Below the pieces are notes generated by a model. That model saw only the letters and a list, made by a program, of their open reading frames with translations, was not told where the DNA came from and did not search any database. A stretch of 64,000 nt of DNA from Nitrospirota bacterium (GTDB taxonomy: Bacteria; Nitrospirota; UBA9217): contig CAVWHO010000020.1 in NCBI GenBank assembly GCA_963754875.1, forward strand, positions 175,374 to 239,373. Direction: 5' to 3'. This document shows positions 1 to 9,019 of this stretch, in pieces; the stretch's first letter is position 1, and each line of letters starts with the position of its first letter. Both the position numbers and the translations under genes were made by a program.

Positions 1-95
1 CAAAACATAATAACCTTTCAAAACTAACGATCGCATCACGCGCCGCCATATGGGCGCGTCGCTGTGGACGCGATTGGTGTACCTTATATGTTCTA

Positions 96-1303
96 GTGTA
101 GTGTCTCTCAATTAACTGGTGTTATGCCATGACTTGTGATAGAATGCTGTTCATGGCACGACACGCTTTAATTATAGACCTTACGGCGTCAGATCGACAA
201 GAACTGGAGCAATGGGTACAAGCTCATCGCACCCCGCAACAAGTCGCTCAACGATGTCGAATTATTCTAGCAGCAGCGAGTGGCCAACAAGACAAGGCCA
301 TCGCAAAGCGAATTCAAATCAATTATAAAACGGCCGCATTATGGAGGCAGCGGTTCTGTAGCGAAGGTCCGGACTGCCTTTGGGAAGTTGCGGCAGGTCG
401 CGGACGTAAACCGGAGTTAACGACAACCAAAATTAATAAAATAATTAGATGCCACTCTGCAATCAAGGCCTGCTGGCGCGACCCACTGGAGTTGCCGAAC
501 AATGGCTGAAAAGCACGGCGTCAGCAAAGCAACGATCAATAGAATATGGCAGAGCCATAACATTAAACCGCACAGAACTAAGAGCTTCAAGTTGTCCCGC
601 GACCCACGGTTTTTGGAGAAGCTTACCGATGTAGTCGGTCTTTATCTGAATCCTCCAGCAAAAGCATTAGTGCTCTGCGTGGATGAGAAAAGCCAGATTC
701 AAGCGCTGGATCGCACACAACCTGGGTTGCCTTTGAAAAAAGGGCGTTGTGGAACAATGACCCATGATTATAAGCGCAACGGTACCACGACGCTATTTGC
801 GGCGCTCGAATTGGCACAAGGTAAAGTCATTGGTCAGTGTTACGCGCGGCATCGCCATCAGGAGTTTCTCAAGTTCTTGAAGCAACTGGACGCTGAGTTC
901 CCGGTCGAAAAGCAATTGCACCTGGTGATGGATAACTATGGAACCCATAAACATCCCAATGTCCAGAAATGGTTATCACGTCATCCACGCTTTGTGACGC
1001 ACTTCGTTCCGACCAGTTCAAGTTGGTTGAATCTTGTCGAGCGTTGGTTCGGAGAACTGACGGGAAAACGATTACGTCGTGGTGTCTTTGTCAGCGTGGA
1101 CGCGCTCAAGAGCGCGATCGAAGAGTATTTGGCTACTTGGAATAAAGACCCAAAACCGTTTGTATGGACCGCAACCGTCGAATCGATTGTTAAGAAACTT
1201 GGACGCTGCAAGCAGACATTGGAGAAAATTCAGCCAGGCTGCACGTTACCTCGCTCTCGCAAGAAAAAGGCTGATAACACCAGTCGTTTGTGAGACACTA
1301 CAC
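96..1303 (+). mobile_element. IS630-family insertion sequence, degenerate copy 1 (~1.2 kb) flanked by TA
   Basis: Left end GTGTAGTGTCTC at 96 and right end GAGACACTACAC ending at 1303, each preceded or followed by TA. About 90% identical in nucleotide sequence to the two intact copies downstream. The 33-nt leader before the ATG is conserved. Confidence 0.8.
129..1293 (+). pseudogene. IS630-family DDE transposase split by a +1 frameshift (ORFs 129..509 and 502..1293)
   Basis: The two ORFs together align with the intact 387-aa transposase of copies 2 and 3 ([19 protein letters not shown] motifs). Compared with the intact copies there is a one-base insertion near 437 (attaGatgcc versus attaatgcc) that shifts the frame, plus many substitutions. 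Confidence 0.75.
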
Positions 1304-1319
1304 TAGCTTATAAATAGAA

Positions 1320-1673
1320 TCACGGCTTCACTAAAGGCCACATCCGCAGAAAGCTTCGAATAAGAAATAGTACAAACAGTAGCACAACAGAATAGCGAAC
1401 GCGCCGCCAGTAACGCCAACCATCTGGGGTGAAGTTTTCTTGCCCTGCGCATAACTTCGACCAGAGAGTAATGTTCCAATATTCGTCTTGCCCCTCTGGT
1501 GATAATAATGTCATTGCTCTAAACCCCCAGTATGAGCCGAGGAGTATACTGCCCGCCATCATTAAGTCAATGATTGAAGCTGGTGGATTCCACGAAGTAA
1601 TTGCGGGTATAGCTAAAATGAGACTTACAAACAACATTCCGATGACATTCATTATTGCCACTGCTGCTCGCAT
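1320..1673 (-). CDS. hypothetical small membrane protein (about 3 TM helices) in an AT-rich island
   Basis: 117-aa ORF with hydrophobic segments. GGAG sits 5 nt upstream of the ATG on the minus strand. Local GC is far below the window average. Confidence 0.45.
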   Translation of the reverse strand: MRAAVAIMNVIGMLFVSLILAIPAITSWNPPASIIDLMMAGSILLGSYWGFRAMTLLSPEGQDEYWNITLWSKLCAGQENFTPDGWRYWRRVRYSVVLLFVLFLIRSFLRMWPLVKP

Positions 1674-1740
1674 ATTGACTCCGGTATAACGCGCGCGTGA
1701 GGAGCGTGGTTTTCGCGACTCACTCGACGCGCTCGTTATG

Positions 1741-2133
1741 TCATTTATGTGCCTTTAATTTCCTTAATGTGAGTGAGTATACGAGCAAGATGTTGCCGAT
1801 TAAGAAACTCAAAACGCAACCACCGCCGCAAATATTGCCTAACCAATCGAGCGATGGCCATACTGAAAGAAGAAGAGCAAGACCAGCAAGGAAGGAAGGT
1901 ATTATCCAGATAAAAAATAGCGATACTTTTAATAATATTTCGTTAACGAGTCTATCGTTCACAAGGAAGATGAAAAATACACTTTTTATGATAATAAATA
2001 ATCCACCGAAGATCTTTAGTTTTTCAAATACAGTTAGACCTGGAATGAAAATCAGAGAAAGGGCTATTATCGCTTCAGCAGATACCGCGATCACAGCTGA
2101 TTGGTAAATTCGCTTTTTGTTATGTGTTGTCAT
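1741..2133 (-). CDS. hypothetical membrane protein (about 4 TM helices) in an AT-rich island
   Basis: 130-aa ORF, strongly hydrophobic, with no recognisable motif and no clear RBS. Confidence 0.35.
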   Translation of the reverse strand: MTTHNKKRIYQSAVIAVSAEAIIALSLIFIPGLTVFEKLKIFGGLFIIIKSVFFIFLVNDRLVNEILLKVSLFFIWIIPSFLAGLALLLSVWPSLDWLGNICGGGCVLSFLIGNILLVYSLTLRKLKAHK

Positions 2134-2184
2134 TGTAGCGCCTCAGGAGGCAGCGTATAGACTTTCTGCCCAAATAATGTTAAG

Positions 2185-2217
2185 GCTTCTTTCTGAACGC
2201 ATTATTCAGAAAGAAGC
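2185..2217. repeat. perfect 13-bp stem hairpin (gcttctttctgaa-cgcatta-ttcagaaagaagc); possible end structure of the IS91-like element
   Basis: Perfect inverted repeat read directly from the sequence. It lies 270 bp beyond the 3' end of the IS91-family transposase gene. Confidence 0.6.
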
Positions 2218-2484
2218 TGGTTGGACTAAGCCGTAGCGCGCCACGTTGCTATGGGATTTCAAATGATTTTTCAGTTTAAAGCGAAGTCCGTGGAGGCGGC
2301 ATTGGCAGGGGCATGAGACTTGTTCGATTGAAAAGCGGCGATTCCGGACTGCTCCGCAAGCCCCTTTCGTAAATGACTATACAGGAAAAAGGGCTTTGGA
2401 GCAATAGAGTATCGTTGCGAAAAACAGGGCTGTTTTCGGGGGTGGATGTCGGGGCTGGGTTGTTCATTACAGTACTTGCGATAA

Positions 2485-3597
2485 TCATATTTGCGGCGGT
2501 CCTTTGCAGCGCGCGGGCTGCATGATCTCGATGGTACGCATTGTTCGTTCGCCGCAGGCAGGGCATTTGGCGACGTCGATGCCGGCGATCCTGAGCAGGG
2601 ATTCCTGCCACGTCTCGGTTTTCTGTTCCCCCTTGTTCTGCTCGGCGCAGGCTAGAAGCTCCCTGCAGCGATCGAGTTTCTTCTTACGGCATCTGTTGCC
2701 CAACAAACCGTAGTGCCTGATCTTCACGAACCTGTCGGGAAGGACGTGAAGCAGGAACCGCCTGATGAACTCATCGGGCTTAAGAGGCATGATTTTGGTT
2801 TTGTTGTTATCGGCGTAGTCGCGCCACCGGAAGGAAACTTCGTCTTTATCGATCTTCACGAGCCGGTGATTGCTGATCGCGATACGGTGAGTGTACCTGC
2901 CGAGATATTCAAGAACACCCTTGGTTCCGTCGAACGGCGGCTTGCAGTAAACGACCCATTTCTTCTTGTACAGATCGGTGATCAAAGCCTTGAATGCCCC
3001 CGGCGACGCAAAATGGCTTACGGCGCCGGGGTAAATGAGTTTATTTTCGGCACGGAGCTTTTCCAGATAAGCAATAAATTTTCCCCGAAAGAGCTTCGAC
3101 ATCACTTTGACCGGGAGGAAGAAGTCATTCTTGCATGACTTCCATTTCCGTCCATCACGGGACAAGCCTCCGCCGGTGACGATGTTGTGGAGGTGCGGAT
3201 GGTCCATGAGATTCTGTCCCCACGTGTGTAGGATCGAGATAAACCCGATGTCAGCGCCAAGATGCTTCCGGTTTTCCGAGAGCTGGGCCAGGGTTTCTGA
3301 GGCGGACTTGAACAGGATTCCGTAGAGAACTTCCTGATTCCGGAGCACCAGAGGATTGAGAAGATCGGGGAGGGTGAAGATAACATGGAAGTACGGGATG
3401 GGAAGCAGATCTTTCTCCCGAGCCTCTATCCACTGCTCTTTTTTGAGGAACTGGCACTTGGGACAATGCCGGTTTCTGCAGGAGTTGTACGAGATCACTT
3501 TCGTTCCGCAGTGCTCGCACTCGTCCACGTGGCCGCCTTGGTCGGCGGTACGGCAGGTTTCAATCGCCCGCATGGCGCGAAGACGATTCAAGGGCAT
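2485..3597 (-). CDS. IS91-family (rolling-circle, HUH Y2) transposase
   Basis: N-terminal zinc-binding CxxC...CPKC motif. LHTWGQNLMDHPHLHNIVTGGGL is the IS91 HxH motif region. The tyrosine region YLGRYTHRIAISNHRL follows. Confidence 0.8.
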   Translation of the reverse strand: MPLNRLRAMRAIETCRTADQGGHVDECEHCGTKVISYNSCRNRHCPKCQFLKKEQWIEAREKDLLPIPYFHVIFTLPDLLNPLVLRNQEVLYGILFKSASETLAQLSENRKHLGADIGFISILHTWGQNLMDHPHLHNIVTGGGLSRDGRKWKSCKNDFFLPVKVMSKLFRGKFIAYLEKLRAENKLIYPGAVSHFASPGAFKALITDLYKKKWVVYCKPPFDGTKGVLEYLGRYTHRIAISNHRLVKIDKDEVSFRWRDYADNNKTKIMPLKPDEFIRRFLLHVLPDRFVKIRHYGLLGNRCRKKKLDRCRELLACAEQNKGEQKTETWQESLLRIAGIDVAKCPACGERTMRTIEIMQPARCKGPPQI

Positions 3598-3699
3598 GGG
3601 ATGAGCGTTCCGGTAAAGAGGACCGTACCGGCGAAAGATGTCCGCGACTTCGATCTGTCGGCTATCTCGCGTCTACACGGCGGGTGTCGCGTGTGCAGG

Positions 3700-3921
3700 C
3701 TACGAGGGTTGCGAAGGATTTGAGAAGGGGCCTAAGTCCAGAGGGCTCACGATTTTCGAGAGGTTCTTTTTGCTCACGTGGAGATAAATGGTGGTCGTTC
3801 TCACCGACGCATGGCCGAGCAGAAGCTGAATATAGTGCAGATCAGCTCCCGACTCCAGCAGGTGTGTGGCGAAGCTGTGGCGGCTATTCCGCATGCGGAA
3901 TAGCCGCCATTCATTTGCCAC
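3700..3921 (-). pseudogene. C-terminal fragment of a tyrosine recombinase (phage-integrase/Xer family), upstream of and co-oriented with the IS91 transposase
   Basis: [18 protein letters not shown]...[16 protein letters not shown] carries the R-H...Y catalytic box. There is no N-terminal domain; it is truncated at the palindrome centre. Confidence 0.7.
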
Positions 3922-4060
3922 CCACCTTTTGCAGGCCGGCTATGACCTCCGCACGATCCAGGAACTGCTCGGGCACGCCGATATCCGGACGACGATGATC
4001 TACACCCACTGCGTGCCGAGCAAAACATTGAAAGAGATGAAGATCCCGTTGGATTTCTAG
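3866..4060 (+). pseudogene. second, diverged tyrosine recombinase C-terminal fragment in inverted orientation
   Basis: [28 protein letters not shown]...[14 protein letters not shown], about 70% identical to the minus-strand fragment. Confidence 0.65.
3878..3909. repeat. perfect 32-bp palindrome (tggcggctattccgca|tgcggaatagccgcca) at the centre of a ~190-bp imperfect inverted duplication of the integrase 3' end
   Basis: Arm-by-arm reverse complement verified base by base. The flanking ORFs encode near-identical peptides on opposite strands. Confidence 0.9.
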
Positions 4061-4513
4061 GAAGGGAACATACGACTGAAGCTTGTGAACCGCGATGGCG
4101 ACAGTTTATGCCGTGCCATGACAATAACAGGGAACAGGGTACTTTCGTGCAGAAAACGAATATGTGGTTCTCTGTGCGGGATAATGAGTAGTTGAATTTT
4201 ATCATGAATCGGATTATCATTGCTTACTATCATTCGTATCAGCATTTAACTGGAAAAACTTTTAATTGTGCATTATCAAAAACCATCAGTTAACGGCTCA
4301 CGTTTTGATCGATTTCATTTCATACTGCAATGCTGTTTACGCAATCCTTACGTTTTCTTTCATTAATGAAATATTCCTTTAAAGTTATTCGTCGTTTATG
4401 CCGATAAGTTAGATGAAGTGCGCGAGGTGCTTTTGCTCGAACAGGATGATCGGACGAGGCATTCAAGATGTCTGAATTCATTGTTTCTTTGCTCAAAAAA
4501 ACATCCTCTTCGG

Positions 4514-4542
4514 TTGACAACTAAACAAAATGATGCTTAATT
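4514..4542 (+). promoter_or_regulatory. candidate sigma-70 promoter (TTGACA-17-TTAATT) for the 4595 gene
   Basis: Hexamers and 17-bp spacing read in the AT-rich intergenic region 50 nt upstream of the RBS. Confidence 0.3.
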
Positions 4543-4594
4543 CCAGTCATCTGTTTTTTTATTTATTTAAAATCAATCGAGCCGGAGGTCGTAC

Positions 4595-5440
4595 ATGTAT
4601 ATTGTATTCCTCATCGCTGTAACTATGGGACTTATAGGCACCGCAGCCTACTTCTCGGTGTTCGGCATTGCCAGCATGTTCGCCTACAACTACATACCGG
4701 CCATGATCATGGGCATCACGCTCGAGGCGAGCAAGATCGGGGTTGCCGTTTACCTGTTTCGCTATTGGACGTTCATGTCCCGTCTGTTTAAAACGATTCT
4801 TATCGTATTTCTGGTGTCCCTCATGTTCATCACTTCTGTCGGCATTTTCGGCTTCCTGAGCCAGGGCTATCAGAAGACATCGGAGGATTTTAATCTCCTG
4901 TCCCTGGAACTGAAGAACCTCGAGGATGACTATAAAGTCAAAACAGCCCGTTTGGAGGACATTAATTCTCAGATCGCCCTTCTTCCTGCTCAATCGGTAA
5001 CCAACAAGATCCGCCTGTCCCGGGAGTTCAGCGACGAACAGGCCGAGATCCGGGACCGGCTGGCGGTGATCGGGCCGAAGGTCCAGGAACTGAAAGTCAA
5101 ACGGCTCGCCTTTGAAACCCACATCGGTCCCATTGCGTATGTGGCCCGCATGCTGAAAGCGCCCCAGGACACGGTCGTCTTTTTTGCGATCCTGATGCTG
5201 GTGTTTGTCGCCGATCCTCTGGCCATCACGCTCACGATTGCGAGCAATATGGTCCTCATCCGCTATTGGGAGCATGCCCGGCCGCAAGCCTCCAACCAGG
5301 CGTTCAAGTCTCCCATGGTGTTCAACAATATCCTGAACCGGGTGCAGACCATGGCAAAGGAATCCTATGAGCACACGTTCAAGAAGAAGCGGGTCCGCAA
5401 AAAAGCCGCCAAGACCAAGACGAGCAGAAAAAAGAAATAG
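4595..5440 (+). CDS. hypothetical membrane protein with 4 N-terminal TM helices, a central coiled-coil and a Lys-rich C-terminal tail
   Basis: GGAGG lies 7 nt upstream of the ATG. The translation is hydrophobic and heptad-like, whereas the antisense ORF 4559..5374 is compositionally junk. Confidence 0.6.
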   Translation: MYIVFLIAVTMGLIGTAAYFSVFGIASMFAYNYIPAMIMGITLEASKIGVAVYLFRYWTFMSRLFKTILIVFLVSLMFITSVGIFGFLSQGYQKTSEDFNLLSLELKNLEDDYKVKTARLEDINSQIALLPAQSVTNKIRLSREFSDEQAEIRDRLAVIGPKVQELKVKRLAFETHIGPIAYVARMLKAPQDTVVFFAILMLVFVADPLAITLTIASNMVLIRYWEHARPQASNQAFKSPMVFNNILNRVQTMAKESYEHTFKKKRVRKKAAKTKTSRKKK

Positions 5441-5461
5441 AAAAGGGAAGGCGGAGAATTC

Positions 5462-6169
5462 ATGAGGAAACTGCTGAGTATTGTTCTTCTCCTGACCGCG
5501 GCAGGCTGCGCCACAACACTCCGCGCACCGGAACCGGCGCCCCCGGAAACTGCTCAGGCGCCGCAGACGGTTCGTATCGAACCGGCGCCAGTGCCGCCTC
5601 TCGAAAAACCGGCCGCAATAATCACAGAACCTGCGTCACCTGTGCCAGGACACGGGGCGTCCCGGCCGCTTGCCGGGGAAAAAGAAAAACCGGAGCATCA
5701 TCCTGCAACGGCCCGGAAGCCTGGAGATCAGGCACAACCTCCCGTCGTCGCATCGAAACAACCGGGGACGCCGGCTGTAGAACAGAGAACAAGGCCCTCT
5801 GAGGAGTTACGGGAAAAACCCGTGCCTGACCATAAACTGCGGCCCCTGGCTGAGTTTGCCGCTGCCAACGACGATAAATTAATGAACGTGTACGTGGGAA
5901 TGTATAAGAAGACCGTGGAGACGATCATGGGCCCGGACCGCCGCAATCCTTACCGGAAGACGACGATCACGGGTAGAGAAGACCAGGTTTACGAGGTCCT
6001 GTTCTACCTCACGAGGGAACCGCGCCAGGGCAAGCCGATAACAGACCGGATGCTGTCGCCGGTCATTTTCAGGAAAGGCCGTGTTGTGGCAATGGGAAAC
6101 TATAAGCTCAAAAAGCTGATACGCGACGGAACGCTTGAGCGCCGGAGACCGGTGCTGAGCGTTCAATAA
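5462..6169 (+). CDS. lipoprotein with a Pro-rich linker and a C-terminal BamE/DUF3192-like domain
   Basis: Signal peptide with lipobox LTAAGC. AAGGGAAGG RBS is present. The C-terminal ~100 aa is globular. Confidence 0.6.
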   Translation: MRKLLSIVLLLTAAGCATTLRAPEPAPPETAQAPQTVRIEPAPVPPLEKPAAIITEPASPVPGHGASRPLAGEKEKPEHHPATARKPGDQAQPPVVASKQPGTPAVEQRTRPSEELREKPVPDHKLRPLAEFAAANDDKLMNVYVGMYKKTVETIMGPDRRNPYRKTTITGREDQVYEVLFYLTREPRQGKPITDRMLSPVIFRKGRVVAMGNYKLKKLIRDGTLERRRPVLSVQ

Positions 6170-6189
6170 TAAGCTTACGAAAAATTAAA

Positions 6190-6225
6190 AAGGCTGGGGA
6201 TTAAACACCCCCAACCTTTTTTTAT
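6190..6225 (+). terminator. rho-independent terminator candidate (ggctgggg...ccccaacc followed by a T7 run)
   Basis: Imperfect 8-bp stem followed by tttttttatttt, immediately after the lipoprotein gene stop. Confidence 0.5.
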
Positions 6226-6368
6226 TTTACTGCAGCAACGTCTCTTCCTCAATTTCTGAGATACTTCTCATAAAAAAAATTAGAATCAATTCCACAGGAG
6301 TAAAAGTCATTTTTTTGCGTCTCTGCGGCAAAAAAGGGTCTTGACGTGAAGTCCAAATAAACGGGCCT

Positions 6369-7733
6369 TTATGAGATCCCGAGTTTTTTCCTGAGTGTCA
6401 ACCTGTTGATGCCAAGCAGCCTGGCGGTCTCGGACTGGTTCTCCCGTGTATGAGACAGGAGATAGGCGAACACATGCCGGTCCACTTCGGTATGGACCTT
6501 GTCATAGATGTTTTTCTCCTTGTTGTCGAGCGCTTTTTTTACAAAGGGGACGAGTACGGCTGCAAGGGCGTCTGCATCGCCTGCCGGGGGCCTTGCCGTG
6601 GAATGCGAACCCAGGTCCCTCAGTTCCTGCGTAGTCAGGTAGTCTGTTTTGCAAAGGGCGATTGCCGACCGGAGGGTGTTTTCCAGCTCGCGAATGTTGC
6701 CCGGCCAGTCATAGGTGAGAAGCCGGTCCATGAAGGCCTTGGTCACTCCCTTGATCGGCTTCTGCGCCGTATGGGCATGGCGGTAGAACAGGCACTGGAC
6801 CAGCGGCGCGATGTCCTTCTTGCGTTCGCGAAGCGGCGGCACGTGGATCGATGCGACGCGGAGCCGGTGATAAAGGTCTTCCCGGAACTTTCCTTCGCGC
6901 ACCATGTCGGCAAGGTCGCGGTTCGTTGCCGAGATCACGCGTACGTTCACCTGTACCTCTTTCGTGCTGCCCACAGGATAAAATGTCTGGGTCTGAAGAA
7001 AGCGCAGGAGCTTTCCCTGGAGCTGCAGCGGAAGCTCTCCGATCTCGTCGAAGAACACGGAGCCTCCGTCGGCAGCTTTGAGCATGCCTTCTTTGGAGGC
7101 CACGGCGCCGGTGAATGCTCCGCGTTCATGGCCGAAGAGTTCCGATTCAAGCAAAGTGTCGGGCACGGCAGCTGAATTGATGACAACGAAGGGTTTGCCG
7201 AAGCGAAAAGAAAGCTGCGCAATCGCCTCGGCTACCAGTTCCTTTCCGGTGCCCGTCTCACCGGTGACGAGAACGGGGACCTCGACCTGAGCGATGCGCG
7301 CGATTTTTTCGCACAGGCTCATGACGAGCGTGGACCTGCCCACGATGACACACGTTGCGGCAGGCGCCAGCAGGTCCTTCGATATCGTTACGGTGTGCTC
7401 CATTTCCGTGGTGAGCCCCTGCAGCTCCGCCAGGAGCCGCTCGAACCGCTCCTTCCTGAGCGGCCTCCGCATGATTTCATAGGCGCCCCACGTGGCGGCC
7501 TCCATGACCGGACCGGTCCGTTCCTGGTCCGTGATAGCGATGACGAACGTCCGTTCGCTGTATCCCTTGATCACCTGGGCATCAATCGAATCGAGGTCCA
7601 CAAGAACGAAATATTCATCCCGGCCGGAGATCCCCGACTTACGGCCGGTCGTCAGCTTGTACCCTTTCGGCAGGATGGCGGAAACCTCCTGCTCCAGAGA
7701 CTGGTCTTTCGTCAACAGCAGCACTTTTTTCAT
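6369..7733 (-). CDS. sigma-54-dependent transcriptional regulator (degenerate receiver-like N-domain, AAA+ sigma-54 activator domain, Fis-type HTH)
   Basis: GETGTGKELVAEAIA Walker A, ESELFGHERGAFTGA (GAFTGA sigma-54 contact motif), C-terminal HTH. GGGAGG RBS present. Confidence 0.85.
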   Translation of the reverse strand: MKKVLLLTKDQSLEQEVSAILPKGYKLTTGRKSGISGRDEYFVLVDLDSIDAQVIKGYSERTFVIAITDQERTGPVMEAATWGAYEIMRRPLRKERFERLLAELQGLTTEMEHTVTISKDLLAPAATCVIVGRSTLVMSLCEKIARIAQVEVPVLVTGETGTGKELVAEAIAQLSFRFGKPFVVINSAAVPDTLLESELFGHERGAFTGAVASKEGMLKAADGGSVFFDEIGELPLQLQGKLLRFLQTQTFYPVGSTKEVQVNVRVISATNRDLADMVREGKFREDLYHRLRVASIHVPPLRERKKDIAPLVQCLFYRHAHTAQKPIKGVTKAFMDRLLTYDWPGNIRELENTLRSAIALCKTDYLTTQELRDLGSHSTARPPAGDADALAAVLVPFVKKALDNKEKNIYDKVHTEVDRHVFAYLLSHTRENQSETARLLGINRLTLRKKLGIS

Positions 7734-8072
7734 AGCGCCTCCCTAATGTTTAAATAATATACAGTATGTATATTTATAAATCAATTCTTTTTCTTTATTG
7801 CCTAGCCGGAACCAACGTTTTGGTTGCAACAGTGTGCCGTCGTCCGGACGCGATATCTCGCAGGTTGATCCACACTTTATTTCCTTTACGCATTATTACC
7901 GTTTAACTCCATCACGAGTTCGATATCTGTTATTTTCTGGCCTGTCCTGAATTGTTCTGCACTTTATTATTCAGCATATGGACACTAGTAATCGGGTTTC
8001 GTGGGGAAATGTTATAGTAATTATGAGGGCTCTTTTCAATGCGAGTGACATCTGATTGAGTGGAGGATTGAC

Positions 8073-9014
8073 ATGTTTGGATGCAGAACCATTTTGGGGT
8101 TTGTTCTCGCGTGCATTATCGGCTTGACCGGATGCAATGGAAAAGAAGCGCCGCGAAAAATTAGTCTTGAAAAGCGCCAAGAGACGCCCCGTCAAATTGA
8201 TCTTCGGGAGCTGCATCTCCGCATCGCCGTCGGAGGCATGATCACCCCAAAGGCCGGGTACGGGTATTACCGGCAGTTTTTGGACTACATCGGCGAAAAG
8301 GTCGGCATGCAGGTGGATTTTGTGGACCGCGATAATTATGCGGAGATCAACAAGCTGGTCAATACCGGCAACGTTGATGTCGCCTTTGTCTGCGGCGGCC
8401 CTTATGTGATAGGGCATGATAAATTCGGCATGGAGCTCCTGGCAGCGCCTCAGGCCTACGGCAAGACTGTCTACTATTCCTATATCATCGTTAACAGAGA
8501 CAGTACCATAAGCGGGTTCGAAGGTTTGCGAGGAAAAAGCTTTGCCTTTACCGATCCTCTTTCCAACTCAGGCACGCTCGTGCCCACCTATATGCTTGCG
8601 CGGATGCATGAAACACCAAACACCTATTTCAGCAAAACCATCTTCACACAGACCCACGATAAATCAATCAAGGCTGTTGCGCAGGGAATCGTGGACGGTG
8701 CGTCGGTGGACAGCCTCATCTGGGAATATGAGAACCGCGCGGATCCGGAATTTACTTCCCGGACAAGAATCATTAAAAAGTCTCTCCCCTACGGCATCCC
8801 GCCCGTTGTCGTTCGTCCGGGTTTAGACCCCAAATTGAAGGAACAAATTCGTGTGGTCTTACTGAACGCCCATCATGATCCTAAAGGAAAGGCAATTCTG
8901 GCGGGCATGATGATCGATAAGTTCGTTCCTATCGGGGACAGCGCTTACGACTCCATCAGGGAAATGGATAAATGGATCGCGGACCATAGAGAAAAAGGAA
9001 ACAAAAAACCGTAA
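8073..9014 (+). CDS. PhnD/SsuA-like periplasmic substrate-binding lipoprotein
   Basis: Lipobox LTGC; resembles the phosphonate-binding-protein fold often paired with sensor proteins. Confidence 0.6.
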   Translation: MFGCRTILGFVLACIIGLTGCNGKEAPRKISLEKRQETPRQIDLRELHLRIAVGGMITPKAGYGYYRQFLDYIGEKVGMQVDFVDRDNYAEINKLVNTGNVDVAFVCGGPYVIGHDKFGMELLAAPQAYGKTVYYSYIIVNRDSTISGFEGLRGKSFAFTDPLSNSGTLVPTYMLARMHETPNTYFSKTIFTQTHDKSIKAVAQGIVDGASVDSLIWEYENRADPEFTSRTRIIKKSLPYGIPPVVVRPGLDPKLKEQIRVVLLNAHHDPKGKAILAGMMIDKFVPIGDSAYDSIREMDKWIADHREKGNKKP

Positions 9015-9019
9015 GCATT

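Noticed and set aside
4320-4520. 66-aa ORF in the AT-rich spacer before the 4595 gene
   Set aside because: Low-complexity basic peptide in an obvious promoter or intergenic region, with no RBS.
7780-8072. sigma-54 (-24 GG / -12 GC) promoters for the operons next to the two EBPs
   Set aside because: Candidate TGG...TTG strings (7813, 7945, 18918) have wrong spacing or lack the -12 GC, so no confident call.
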